Part shown: piece after piece, positions 28,396-36,863 of the stretch
How the letters are laid out: each line of letters starts with the position of its first letter
How positions within the stretch are numbered: position 1 is the first letter of the stretch
Source: Deltaproteobacteria bacterium
Lineage (GTDB): Bacteria; Myxococcota_A; Polyangia; Polyangiales; Houyiibacteriaceae
Direction: 5' to 3'
DNA: 64,000 bases
Assembly: GCA_034670305.1 (NCBI GenBank)
Contig: JAXMNT010000041.1
Span: forward strand, 1-64,000
Notes under the pieces: generated by a model
Databases searched by the model: none
What the model was told of the DNA's origin: nothing
The model's input: the letters and a program-made list of their open reading frames with translations, nothing else
Translations under genes and position numbers: made by a program

Positions 28396-29595
28396 ATGTC
28401 CGCGCAGACCGAGGATCCGCCCGCCGAGTCTGAGGCCGATGTCGCACCCATCGCGCCGACAGACGCGGCGGCGCCGGATGTGAAGCCGGGTGGCGCGCCG
28501 GCCCACGCGAACGTGCTGCGGGTCGACAAGCTGCGTCTGCGCGGCTTTCGCAACCTGGCGTCGACCGATCTCGAACCGGGCGCCGCGTTCAACGTGATCC
28601 ATGGCGACAACGGCGCGGGCAAATCCAACCTGCTCGAGGCACTCCACTACCTCGGTGCGCTGCGCAGCTTCCGCGGGGCGCGCACCGAAGACATGCTCTC
28701 GCAACAGGGCGACGAAGCGATCCTCCGGGCGCGGGTCTCGGGGGAAGCCGCACCGCGCGCGTTCTCGATCCAGCTGCAGCGCAGCAAAGCGCGCACCCTG
28801 GTGCTCGACGCCAAACGGCCGCGCTCGATCTCCCGATGGCACCAGGCGATCCAGGTCGTGCTGTTCCACCCGGGCGATCTGCGCATGGCGATCGGGGGGC
28901 CGGAAGCGCGCCGCACGTTGCTCGACCGCATCCTCGAGCAGATGGATCCGACCTACACCTCGACGCTCGCGACCTACACCAAGGCGCTTCGCAGTCGGAA
29001 CCGGTTGCTCAAGAAAGAAGACGTCGACCGCCGAAGCATCACCGCGTTCGACCAGATCCTCGCCGAGGCCGGCGCCGTCGTCGGACAGACCCGGGCGCGC
29101 CTCGCCGACGAACTCGCGCCGTCGGCCGAGCGGGCGTTCGAGGAGGTCATCGGAGAATCGGTGCCGCTCGAGATCCGCTACCAGCACCGGGTGCCGCCGG
29201 ATCCCGAGGAGATCCTCCGCGCGCTGCATGCGGCGTACGAGAAGGACCGCGCCCGCGGGTTCACCGCCGATGGACCCCACGGCGACGATCTGGTGATGCG
29301 GGTGCAAGAGGTCGTGGCCAAACACCACGCGTCGCAGGGGCAGCACCGCGCGATCGTCCTCGCGTTGAAGGTCGCCGAGCTCGACGTGCTCACCCGCTCG
29401 GTCGGCCGGGTGCCGCTCTTGCTCCTCGACGACGTCTCGAGCGAACTCGACCGCGCCCGCAACCGCCGCTTCTTCCAGTTGCTCGCCAACCTCGGCGGCC
29501 AGGTCTTCCTGACCACCACCCACCCAGAGTTCATCCTGCTCGAACAGAACCGCGTCGACTTCCACGTGGAAGCCGGCGTCATCACCCGCGACTGA
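28396..29595 (+). CDS. recF: DNA replication/repair protein RecF
   Basis: GFRNL, GDNGAGKSNLLEA, SFR, GPHGDDL, ASQGQHR, LLLDDVSSELD. Confidence 0.96.
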   Translation: MSAQTEDPPAESEADVAPIAPTDAAAPDVKPGGAPAHANVLRVDKLRLRGFRNLASTDLEPGAAFNVIHGDNGAGKSNLLEALHYLGALRSFRGARTEDMLSQQGDEAILRARVSGEAAPRAFSIQLQRSKARTLVLDAKRPRSISRWHQAIQVVLFHPGDLRMAIGGPEARRTLLDRILEQMDPTYTSTLATYTKALRSRNRLLKKEDVDRRSITAFDQILAEAGAVVGQTRARLADELAPSAERAFEEVIGESVPLEIRYQHRVPPDPEEILRALHAAYEKDRARGFTADGPHGDDLVMRVQEVVAKHHASQGQHRAIVLALKVAELDVLTRSVGRVPLLLLDDVSSELDRARNRRFFQLLANLGGQVFLTTTHPEFILLEQNRVDFHVEAGVITRD

Positions 29596-29599
29596 AGGC

Positions 29600-29711
29600 T
29601 CGGCATCGGGATCGGTTTCGGCTTCGGTTCGGTTTCGGCATCGGGGTCGGCTTCGGAGCCACAGGAACCGCGGGCACGGGCACGGGCACGGGCACGGGCA
29701 CGGGCACGGGC
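29600..29711. repeat. composite hexamer array (GGCTTC-like, then GGGCAC)
   Basis: Degenerate ggcttc/ggcatc units then perfect gggcac units, after recF. Confidence 0.85.
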
Positions 29712-29905
29712 GAACCGCATGCTCGGCTTCGCCATCCTCGACCGAGTCGCGGTGTTGCTGAAGCGCTGGCGGCTGAGCGTCCGCAGTTCGAACGCGGCGG
29801 CGTACAAACAAACGGGAGATCATTCGAGATTTCCAACCATCCAATCGATGTGCAGCGGTGCGACTTCTGCACAACCCAGCTAGGCTGCGAGCGAGGAGGG
29901 GCCCG

Positions 29906-31113
29906 ATGACAACCTCACTCACTCACTCACTCACTCACTCACTCACTCACTCATTCTTCTGAGCATGCTCGCGGCGCTTGGATGTGACCCTCCCACCGGT
30001 TTCTTCATCGAGCCGACCGCCTCGGACGGGGAGCTCCAGACCTACCCACTCTTCGAAGGGCTCACGTTCGACGCGACCTCGGCGGCCATGCCAAGCGTGG
30101 CCGCCGAGGTGACCTCCGTCCGGTATCTGAACTCCAGCCGGCAAGTCCCCTTTCTGCTGCAAGGCGACACCAACTTGGGGAGCCCGTTGCTCGGGCTCCG
30201 CTTGCCCGCGTCCGGGGAAGCTGCTCGGACGGAGTCTGTGGGTCCAGCCGGGGCCTGGAACAGTGTACGGGTATACGACCGAGGGGAGTGTTCGACCATT
30301 GAGGACTGGTACGCGACCGATGAGGATGGTGCGTCCGGCATCACGGTCGATCTCGCGGCTGGGCTCTTGGAGACCCTCTCATCGAGCAGCGACATCAGCG
30401 GTGCGGAGCTGCGGTTCGCAGAGTTCGACGTGGAACTCAACAGCCGGGGTCGCCTGGGCTACGACATCACGGAAGACGTCGTGTCGCTCACCTTCCGCTT
30501 CTTCGCGGAGAACGTAGGCCCCAGCAATGTTCTCGGCTGCAAACGTGTGGAGTACACGATTGCCATGGAGTTGCAGCTCGTTCAGACCGACGCGGCGGTG
30601 GAGTCCATGGACGCCGTAGACTTCATGGAGCGCTGCCATCCCGACGCGTCGGGGTTCGGACTCTTCCTCCTCGCGAACCGTGCCATCGAGGACCTTCGCG
30701 CCAGGACCCGCCCCACCTGTCCAGACGAGACATTGCTCCCTACGGAACGGCTCGGACTCGTTCGCTACGACGACGTCGACTCCATCGTACTGCGCGAGGA
30801 CTACTCTGGATCCGAGGGCAGTCCTCGAGCCCACATCCTCTTCTTGTTCTCTGACCTCTCGGGCCGGCCGCTTGGCGCCCACGACGTACTCGTGCGCACC
30901 CTCCGTCCGGACGGGTTTGAAATCGTTCTGGCCGACTTCGTCGACGAGGATGTGCAAGCGGACTTCTTCGGGGCAACCTCCTTCGTCACCCCCACGCTCT
31001 GCGGCCTGGAGCGCGACGAGTATGGCGACCCCGACACCAGTAGCGAGGAGTTCCCCAGGGTGGCCCCTCCCTTCCGGGTACTTCCCGAGGACATTGCTGG
31101 GGGCTCGCTGTGA
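29906..31113 (+). CDS. lipoprotein of unknown function, frameshifted at (CTCA)10 (putative phase-variable, OFF state)
   Basis: GAGGAGG then ATG 29906 reads MTTSLTHSLTHSLTHSFF* (stop 29960-62); the other frame reads LILLSMLAALGC lipobox into the 382-aa ORF 29965-31113. Confidence 0.75.
29914..29953 (+). repeat. (CTCA)10 tetranucleotide simple sequence repeat within a 5' coding region
   Basis: Ten perfect CTCA copies beginning 8 nt after the A of ATG 29906. Confidence 0.97.
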
Positions 31114-31952
31114 CTCGACTACTCGTGGGTGTGTTGCTCGTTGGGCTCGCGTGCGGAGGCCCGAGCGTCCCAAGTGACGGGAGTGTCGACGCCGGTGGGT
31201 TGGATGCCGGTCCAACAGACGCTTACCTACCGGGCGCATGCGGTTCTGACGGCACCGAAGCGTGCGGCTGTGTAGGACCCGTTCGAAGGTGCGACATGTG
31301 CCTGGACCGCTGCGAACGAGGATCCGTTTGCGGACGGGGCGCGTGCCAGTTGAGTGATCTCAGTACCTGCGCCTACCGCGCGGGCGACGGCGCCTACCAG
31401 TTTTGCAGTCGAGGTGTGTGCGCGGGATGGGAGGGGCCGCAGTACCCCGGCGGTGACGACTCGTTTGGAGGGATCTGCGTGAGGCCCGAGTACTGTATCG
31501 CGCGCGGAGACGCTGACCCGCCGCTCAGCCCAGATCTCGCCGAAGGAGCCTGCAGGTACAGCGACGGAACGGAAGTCGTGACCGGCCCGCCCCCACTCGA
31601 CGCGTGCCCACCTTCCGATCCACGTGCTCGGTACTGCGGGGGGCCGTGTAGTATTTCCTGCCCCGAAGATGAGTTCGACTTCTTCGAGCACCGCCGGTTC
31701 CCCTGCGCCGGTCTCAGCGACAACCGTGGCTTCGGCGTCTGCGCGGTGAGCTTGCAGGTCTGTGTGGAGGGGCAACCGCGGCCGCTCAGCACGATCGACG
31801 GAGAGCAGGTCGTGTGCATGGTCCCGATGCCGCAGCCTGCCGAGCACCCGGCCCACGGCTACGAGGTCCCGCTCTCGGTCTGCCGGGACTATGTGCGGCA
31901 TCACCCCGACCACGCGACCTGCGTCGATGGCAACTTCGATCCGATCCTCTGA
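31110..31952 (+). CDS. Cys-rich lipoprotein (paralog 1)
   Basis: GTGA overlap with the upstream gene; MTRLLVGVLLVGLAC lipobox; abundant Cys; collinear with the next gene. Confidence 0.8.
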   Translation: MTRLLVGVLLVGLACGGPSVPSDGSVDAGGLDAGPTDAYLPGACGSDGTEACGCVGPVRRCDMCLDRCERGSVCGRGACQLSDLSTCAYRAGDGAYQFCSRGVCAGWEGPQYPGGDDSFGGICVRPEYCIARGDADPPLSPDLAEGACRYSDGTEVVTGPPPLDACPPSDPRARYCGGPCSISCPEDEFDFFEHRRFPCAGLSDNRGFGVCAVSLQVCVEGQPRPLSTIDGEQVVCMVPMPQPAEHPAHGYEVPLSVCRDYVRHHPDHATCVDGNFDPIL

Positions 31953-32835
31953 CCACATCGCTTGGCTCGGCCTGGTCCTCGTCGCTGGCTGTTACCTGAG
32001 CCACGGCGAGGTGCCGGGGTCGGACGGCGGAGTGGCGTCCGATGCTCGGGAGGACGGCGAAGTCGGATCCGAGTGCGGGTTCCTCGGGCCGTACCGTAGG
32101 TGCGACGTGTGCGACGTGCCGTGTCCCGCGCCGACCGAGTGTTACCCGCGAACCGGGGTCTGCCGGCCGCCGGACCGTGCCAGCCCGGGCGGGTTTCCGA
32201 TCCACGACACGTGCGTGCTCCGCTTCGAGCCCGTGCCGTACGGCGACCGGCTCGACATCGTGGACTACTACCGGGCGTTCGGCTCGGTCGATGGGTGCGA
32301 GGACGCGGCGCTCTGTGCCGTCGGTCGGGAGGATGGTCCCACCCTCGAACAGCCGTTCACCGGCGTCTGCATGGATCCGGATTACTGCGAGGCGCTCGCG
32401 ACCGTGCCCGAGACGGAGCTCGTATGCCGCGGCACCGACGGACGGGTGGTGGCACGGGCACCCGCACCCGAAGCCTGTCCTCCAGGTTTGGGGTTCTGCG
32501 GTGAGGGTTGCGACCCGTGCCCCGACCACATGGTCTGCGCGGGGGTGTCCGAGACCCGCGCGGTCGGCGTGTGCGCTTCGGCGATTCCGTGCTTTCACCC
32601 GGACCAGACGCCGGTCGACGAAACCCGCATTCACCGCGACTACTTGGTGCTCAACGGCGCGCTCCGTGAATGCCGGGAGTACGCGATGACGGAGACCTGC
32701 CTGTGTCTGACCTTCGAGCCGTGGGCGTGGCCGGAGTATCCGGAGCAAGGCGTCGGGGTACCGCTCGACGCGTGCCACGCGTACGCAGCGAGGTACCCCG
32801 GGGAGACGGTGTGTCATGAGGAGTGGGAACACTGA
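31927..32835 (+). CDS. Cys-rich lipoprotein (paralog 2)
   Basis: WLGLVLVAGC lipobox; shares GP.RRCD.C, F.G.C..P.YC, CAG.S..R..GVCA and G..VPL..C..Y....P....C with the upstream gene; start uncertain. Confidence 0.8.
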   Translation: MATSIRSSDHIAWLGLVLVAGCYLSHGEVPGSDGGVASDAREDGEVGSECGFLGPYRRCDVCDVPCPAPTECYPRTGVCRPPDRASPGGFPIHDTCVLRFEPVPYGDRLDIVDYYRAFGSVDGCEDAALCAVGREDGPTLEQPFTGVCMDPDYCEALATVPETELVCRGTDGRVVARAPAPEACPPGLGFCGEGCDPCPDHMVCAGVSETRAVGVCASAIPCFHPDQTPVDETRIHRDYLVLNGALRECREYAMTETCLCLTFEPWAWPEYPEQGVGVPLDACHAYAARYPGETVCHEEWEH

Positions 32836-32888
32836 GGGCCAGCAGGTTGCTGCAGCGCCGACCGGTTCGAATCGCCCGCGACTGAGCT

Positions 32889-34532
32889 TCAGGCTTGTCG
32901 GGCTGGGCGCGCGTCCAGCCAGGCGCGCAGGTCGGGCAGCGACTTGCAGTTGAGCACGTGCTCGGGCTTCAACCCCGCGCGCCGCGCGACCGCGACGCCG
33001 TGGTCCAGGTTGTCGAGTTCGCGCATCGCGTGGGCGTCGGCGGCGATGCTCACCGGCACGCCGCGTTCGCGCGCGAGACCCAAGTGTTCGACGCTCAGAT
33101 CGAGGCGCGCGGGGTTCGCGTTGAGTTCGACTGCGCAGCCGGACGTGGCGCAGGCGTCGAGGAACCGGGCCGCGTCGATCTCCACCGCGGGGCGGCCGAG
33201 CAAGAGCCGCCCGGTCGGGTGTCCGATGACGGCCGTGTGCGGATTGAGCGCCGCGGCGACGAGCCGGTCGGTCGCCTGCGTGACGTCGTGTTTCACGCGC
33301 TTGTGCACCGAGGCGATCACGACCTCGAGCTCCTGGAGAAACGTGCCCGGGTAGTCGAGCGCACCCTCGTCGAGAATGTCGCTCTCGACGCCGGTCAACA
33401 GCACGCACGCGCTGCCTTCCTGGTTGAGCGCTTCGATCTCGAGGATCTGCGCCCGCAGTCGATCTTGGTCGAGACCACGGGCGTAGAACGCGCTCTCGCT
33501 GTGTTCGCTGATGCCGAGGTACGCGAGCTGGGCGGCCGCGGCGGCGTCCCGCATCGCGCGCAGGGAGTGGCTGCCGTCGCTCGCGGTGGTGTGGTTGTGC
33601 AGTGCGCCGCGAAGCGACGCCCGCGTCACGTATTCGATCGGTGGACTGCCGCGCTGCACGAGCACTGCGTTGTCGCGGCGTTCGGGCGGGGTGGGCCAGA
33701 GCCCGAGCGCTTCGTAGACCGCGTCTGCGCGCTCGGCCGCCAGCGTGTCCCAGTCGACGCCGATCGAGGTCGCGTGTTGGCGCAGGGCGTCTCGGTGGAC
33801 CCCGTCCGAGGTGTGCTCGATCGACACCCGGCCGAAGTCGTTCGGCGACACACACACGATGGCGACGTCCGCCGGCGCCTTCAGTTTTTCAGCGACGGTC
33901 TCGGGCAACGTCGCGAGGGCGTCCGGCGCCGCGGCCACGAGCAGGGAGAAGGTCTCGATCAGCTCGAGTCCGCGCGGCAGGTCGCCGACCACTTCCGCGC
34001 GCAGTACGCCGGGGATCTTCCGGACGCCGGCAAGCAGCTGCAGCGCGAGGGTGGTCGCTTGATCGCGGCGGCGCTTGCGCGCGTTGCGACGGGCCTCTTC
34101 GATCTGCTCCAACACCTTGGTCTGGGTCTTGGCGCCAAATCCCTTGAGTGTCACCAGCCGGTTCTCCCGGCAGGCGTACTCGAGTTCGCCGAGGGTGGTG
34201 ATGCCGAGGTCGATCCAGAGCGTCTTGATCTTCTTCGCGCCGAGCCCTTTGACCGTGCGGACTTCGAACAGCCCCTCCGGAAGCGCGGACTCCATCTCCT
34301 TCACGACCCCCGGCTCGATGCCGTCGAGCAGGTCGGCGATGAGCGCGGCCGACTTCGGTCCGATGCCCCGCACCTTGGCGAGGCGGCGCTCCTCCAGCAG
34401 CACCGCGAGATCTTCGTCGAGTTGGCGCAGCGCCCAGGCCGCGCCCTTCCACGCACTCGCGCGGGGATCCGACCGCAGCTCCGCCGCAAATGCCAGCCGC
34501 TCGAACACCCGCACGATTTCACGCCGCGTCAC
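32889..34532 (-). CDS. polX: PolX-family / PHP-domain protein with altered polymerase active site
   Basis: HhH motifs VRGIGPK, VKGLGAKK, LKGFGAKT; PHP motifs LHNHTTASDG, ISEHS, IGHPTGR, ELNANP, ADAH. Confidence 0.9.
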   Translation of the reverse strand: MTRREIVRVFERLAFAAELRSDPRASAWKGAAWALRQLDEDLAVLLEERRLAKVRGIGPKSAALIADLLDGIEPGVVKEMESALPEGLFEVRTVKGLGAKKIKTLWIDLGITTLGELEYACRENRLVTLKGFGAKTQTKVLEQIEEARRNARKRRRDQATTLALQLLAGVRKIPGVLRAEVVGDLPRGLELIETFSLLVAAAPDALATLPETVAEKLKAPADVAIVCVSPNDFGRVSIEHTSDGVHRDALRQHATSIGVDWDTLAAERADAVYEALGLWPTPPERRDNAVLVQRGSPPIEYVTRASLRGALHNHTTASDGSHSLRAMRDAAAAAQLAYLGISEHSESAFYARGLDQDRLRAQILEIEALNQEGSACVLLTGVESDILDEGALDYPGTFLQELEVVIASVHKRVKHDVTQATDRLVAAALNPHTAVIGHPTGRLLLGRPAVEIDAARFLDACATSGCAVELNANPARLDLSVEHLGLARERGVPVSIAADAHAMRELDNLDHGVAVARRAGLKPEHVLNCKSLPDLRAWLDARPARQA

Positions 34533-34605
34533 CTCCGCATCCTACCAGCACCCCGTGCGCCAGGTGGCGGGCGCGGTGCGCGATCGGGTGCCACACTGAA
34601 CGGGC

Positions 34606-36045
34606 GTGGGCGGGACAGGACGCAAGGGCTGGTTCGAGATCTCCCACGAGGGGTGGAGGCAGCGGGCCGAGTCGAGGCCGCTGGGCCGGCTGCTGCTCGA
34701 AGCGGTGCAGAACGCGTTCGATGCGCAGGCGTGCAATGTGCACCTGACCCTCACCGAGGGCGCGGTGGTCGTCGAAGACGACGCAGAGGCCGGCTTCGCG
34801 GACGGGCGGCTCGTCTACACCGTCTTCCTTTCGGACAAACACGCCGACCCGCGCAAACGTGGACGACTCGGGCGCGGCCTCAAGGAACTCATCGCCTCGA
34901 TGGAGTCCGCCGTGGTCTCGACCGTGGGCGCGACGGTGGCCTTCGATGCGGACGGTCGCCACAGCCAGACCAACGATCGTACGCGGGGCAGCCGCATCGA
35001 ACTGCACCGCGAATTCGCGCCCGCCGAACTCGAGGACGCGCGAAGGGTGCTGCGCCTGTGCATTCCACCGCCCCAGACGACCTTGCGGGTCGACGGCCGC
35101 GCGGTGCGGTCTCCGCGCACGGTGCTCACGCTCGCGTCGTGCGAGCTCGAGACCGTGTCTCTGGCGGGCGGGGTCGAGCGCGCCATCATGGGCGCCGCCC
35201 CGGTCTCGATCTATTCCGTCCGCCGGGGACAGGCCGCGCACCTCTTCGAGATGGGGGTCCCGATCCAGTCTTGGAACGTGCCCTGGCACGTCGACATCGG
35301 GCAGCGCGTGCCGCTGCTCGGCAACCGGGACGGGGTGCCCGAACGGTTCGAGATGAGCCTGAAAGCGCTGCTGCTCGAGTCAATGATTCACCGCTATCTG
35401 GAGACCAAAGATCTGCGCGCCGACTGGGTTCATGAAGTCATCGCCCGCTTCCCGATGAAAGCTTCGGTGCTCGATGCCTATGTGAGCCGCGCGTTCCCAC
35501 GCGGCGCGGTGCTCGGCGGAACGAGCCGCGCCAACGACCGCGCCCGGCAGCTCGGGGCGCACGTGATCGAGATCGCCACGATTCCGCACGGCGCCTACCT
35601 CGCGCTCGGCCGGGTCGTAGAGACCGCCGACGATTTCGTGCGCCGCCGCTCGGCCGAACTCGCGGGCGAAGCGGTCGAGCCGGACGCGGTGCAAGCGCGC
35701 TTCGCGGAGTCGGTCCGGTGGCTCGCGCGGCGCGTGGCTGGCCGGGTGGTGCGGGTCCGGTTTTTCGCCGCGGACCCGAGCGACGCCGGGTTGCTCGAGG
35801 ACGCCACCTGCGACGCCGACGCGCGCATCCTCTCGTTCAACGTCCGGGCACCCCTTCGCTTCGACGACATCCTCGACCCCGCGACCTTGGGCGTCGTACT
35901 CCACGAGATCGCCCACCTCGAGACCCCGGAACACGACCACCGCTTCATCGATCGATTGCAGCTCTTGGCCGGACAGACCGCCCGAGTGCTCTGCGAGGGC
36001 GGTCCGGATCTCGCACATCGACTTCGGGGCGGAGATCCCGGGTGA
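34606..36045 (+). CDS. GHKL-type ATPase fused to a C-terminal HEXXH metallopeptidase-like domain
   Basis: LLEAVQNAFDA, VEDDAEAGF, KRGRLGRGLK, GSRI; C-terminal VLHEIAHLETPEHDHRF. Confidence 0.72.
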   Translation: MGGTGRKGWFEISHEGWRQRAESRPLGRLLLEAVQNAFDAQACNVHLTLTEGAVVVEDDAEAGFADGRLVYTVFLSDKHADPRKRGRLGRGLKELIASMESAVVSTVGATVAFDADGRHSQTNDRTRGSRIELHREFAPAELEDARRVLRLCIPPPQTTLRVDGRAVRSPRTVLTLASCELETVSLAGGVERAIMGAAPVSIYSVRRGQAAHLFEMGVPIQSWNVPWHVDIGQRVPLLGNRDGVPERFEMSLKALLLESMIHRYLETKDLRADWVHEVIARFPMKASVLDAYVSRAFPRGAVLGGTSRANDRARQLGAHVIEIATIPHGAYLALGRVVETADDFVRRRSAELAGEAVEPDAVQARFAESVRWLARRVAGRVVRVRFFAADPSDAGLLEDATCDADARILSFNVRAPLRFDDILDPATLGVVLHEIAHLETPEHDHRFIDRLQLLAGQTARVLCEGGPDLAHRLRGGDPG

Positions 36046-36098
36046 GGCCACCCTGTGCAGCGGAGCCCAACCGAGACGGAGTGTGGCACCATCGCCGA

Positions 36099-36863
36099 AT
36101 GCGCCTCTCCGCCGTCCTGCTCGTGCTCTTCGCCTCGAGCGTCGCTTTCGGGCAGTCGGTCGTGGAGCGGGGCCGGGTGCTCTTCCTGGAGGCGGACTTC
36201 GAAGGCAGCCGAGCGGTGTTCGCAGAGGCACTGGAAGCAGAGGCCCAAGACCGCGGCGAGCTCGTCGCATCGCTCATGTACCTGACGGCCATCGATTCCG
36301 TGATGGGCGACGACGCGCAAGCCGAGCAGTGGGCCCAGGACGCGCTGGCCCTCGACGCCGACGCCCAGCTTCCGGAGGGCTCGCCCAGCGAAGCGACCGA
36401 ACGGGTCGAGGCGCTGCGCGGGCAGGTCGAGCCGATCGAGATCGAACTCGCGGTGGACGGAACCGATCCCAACGTGCGCTTCGTGGTCGCCCGCCAGACC
36501 GGCACCCTGCACCTGCGCGCCGAGTTGGTGCTTCAGTGCGGCGAAGACGAGGTCGTGGGACAGGACGGCGAAGCCCGGGTCGAGCTTCGCGCGACCCAGG
36601 ATCGATGCGAGGCGGTGCTGCAATCGGAGAGTGGCGGCGAGCTCGTCCGGGAGTCCCTCGTGATCGCGCCGCTGGTCGTGACCGAACAGGTGGTGGTCGC
36701 GCCGGAAGAGACCGATGGCCCCCGGGTCGGTTTGATCCTCGGCATCGTCGGCGCGGTGCTCGCCGCGGCCGCGATCGGCATCGTGCTGGCGCTCGTCCTG
36801 GGTGGCTCCGAGTCGCCTCAGCTCAGCGGCATCGAAGTGGAGGGCTTCGGTGGCGGCGGCTGA
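36099..36863 (+). CDS. secreted TPR-like protein with C-terminal membrane anchor
   Basis: Signal peptide MRLSAVLLVLFASSVAFG; GRVLFLEADFEGSR; C-terminal TM. Confidence 0.75.
   Translation: MRLSAVLLVLFASSVAFGQSVVERGRVLFLEADFEGSRAVFAEALEAEAQDRGELVASLMYLTAIDSVMGDDAQAEQWAQDALALDADAQLPEGSPSEATERVEALRGQVEPIEIELAVDGTDPNVRFVVARQTGTLHLRAELVLQCGEDEVVGQDGEARVELRATQDRCEAVLQSESGGELVRESLVIAPLVVTEQVVVAPEETDGPRVGLILGIVGAVLAAAAIGIVLALVLGGSESPQLSGIEVEGFGGGG

Noticed and set aside
29600-32880. Prophage or integrative element carrying the lipoprotein cassette
   Set aside because: No integrase, transposase, tRNA target or flanking direct repeats were seen.
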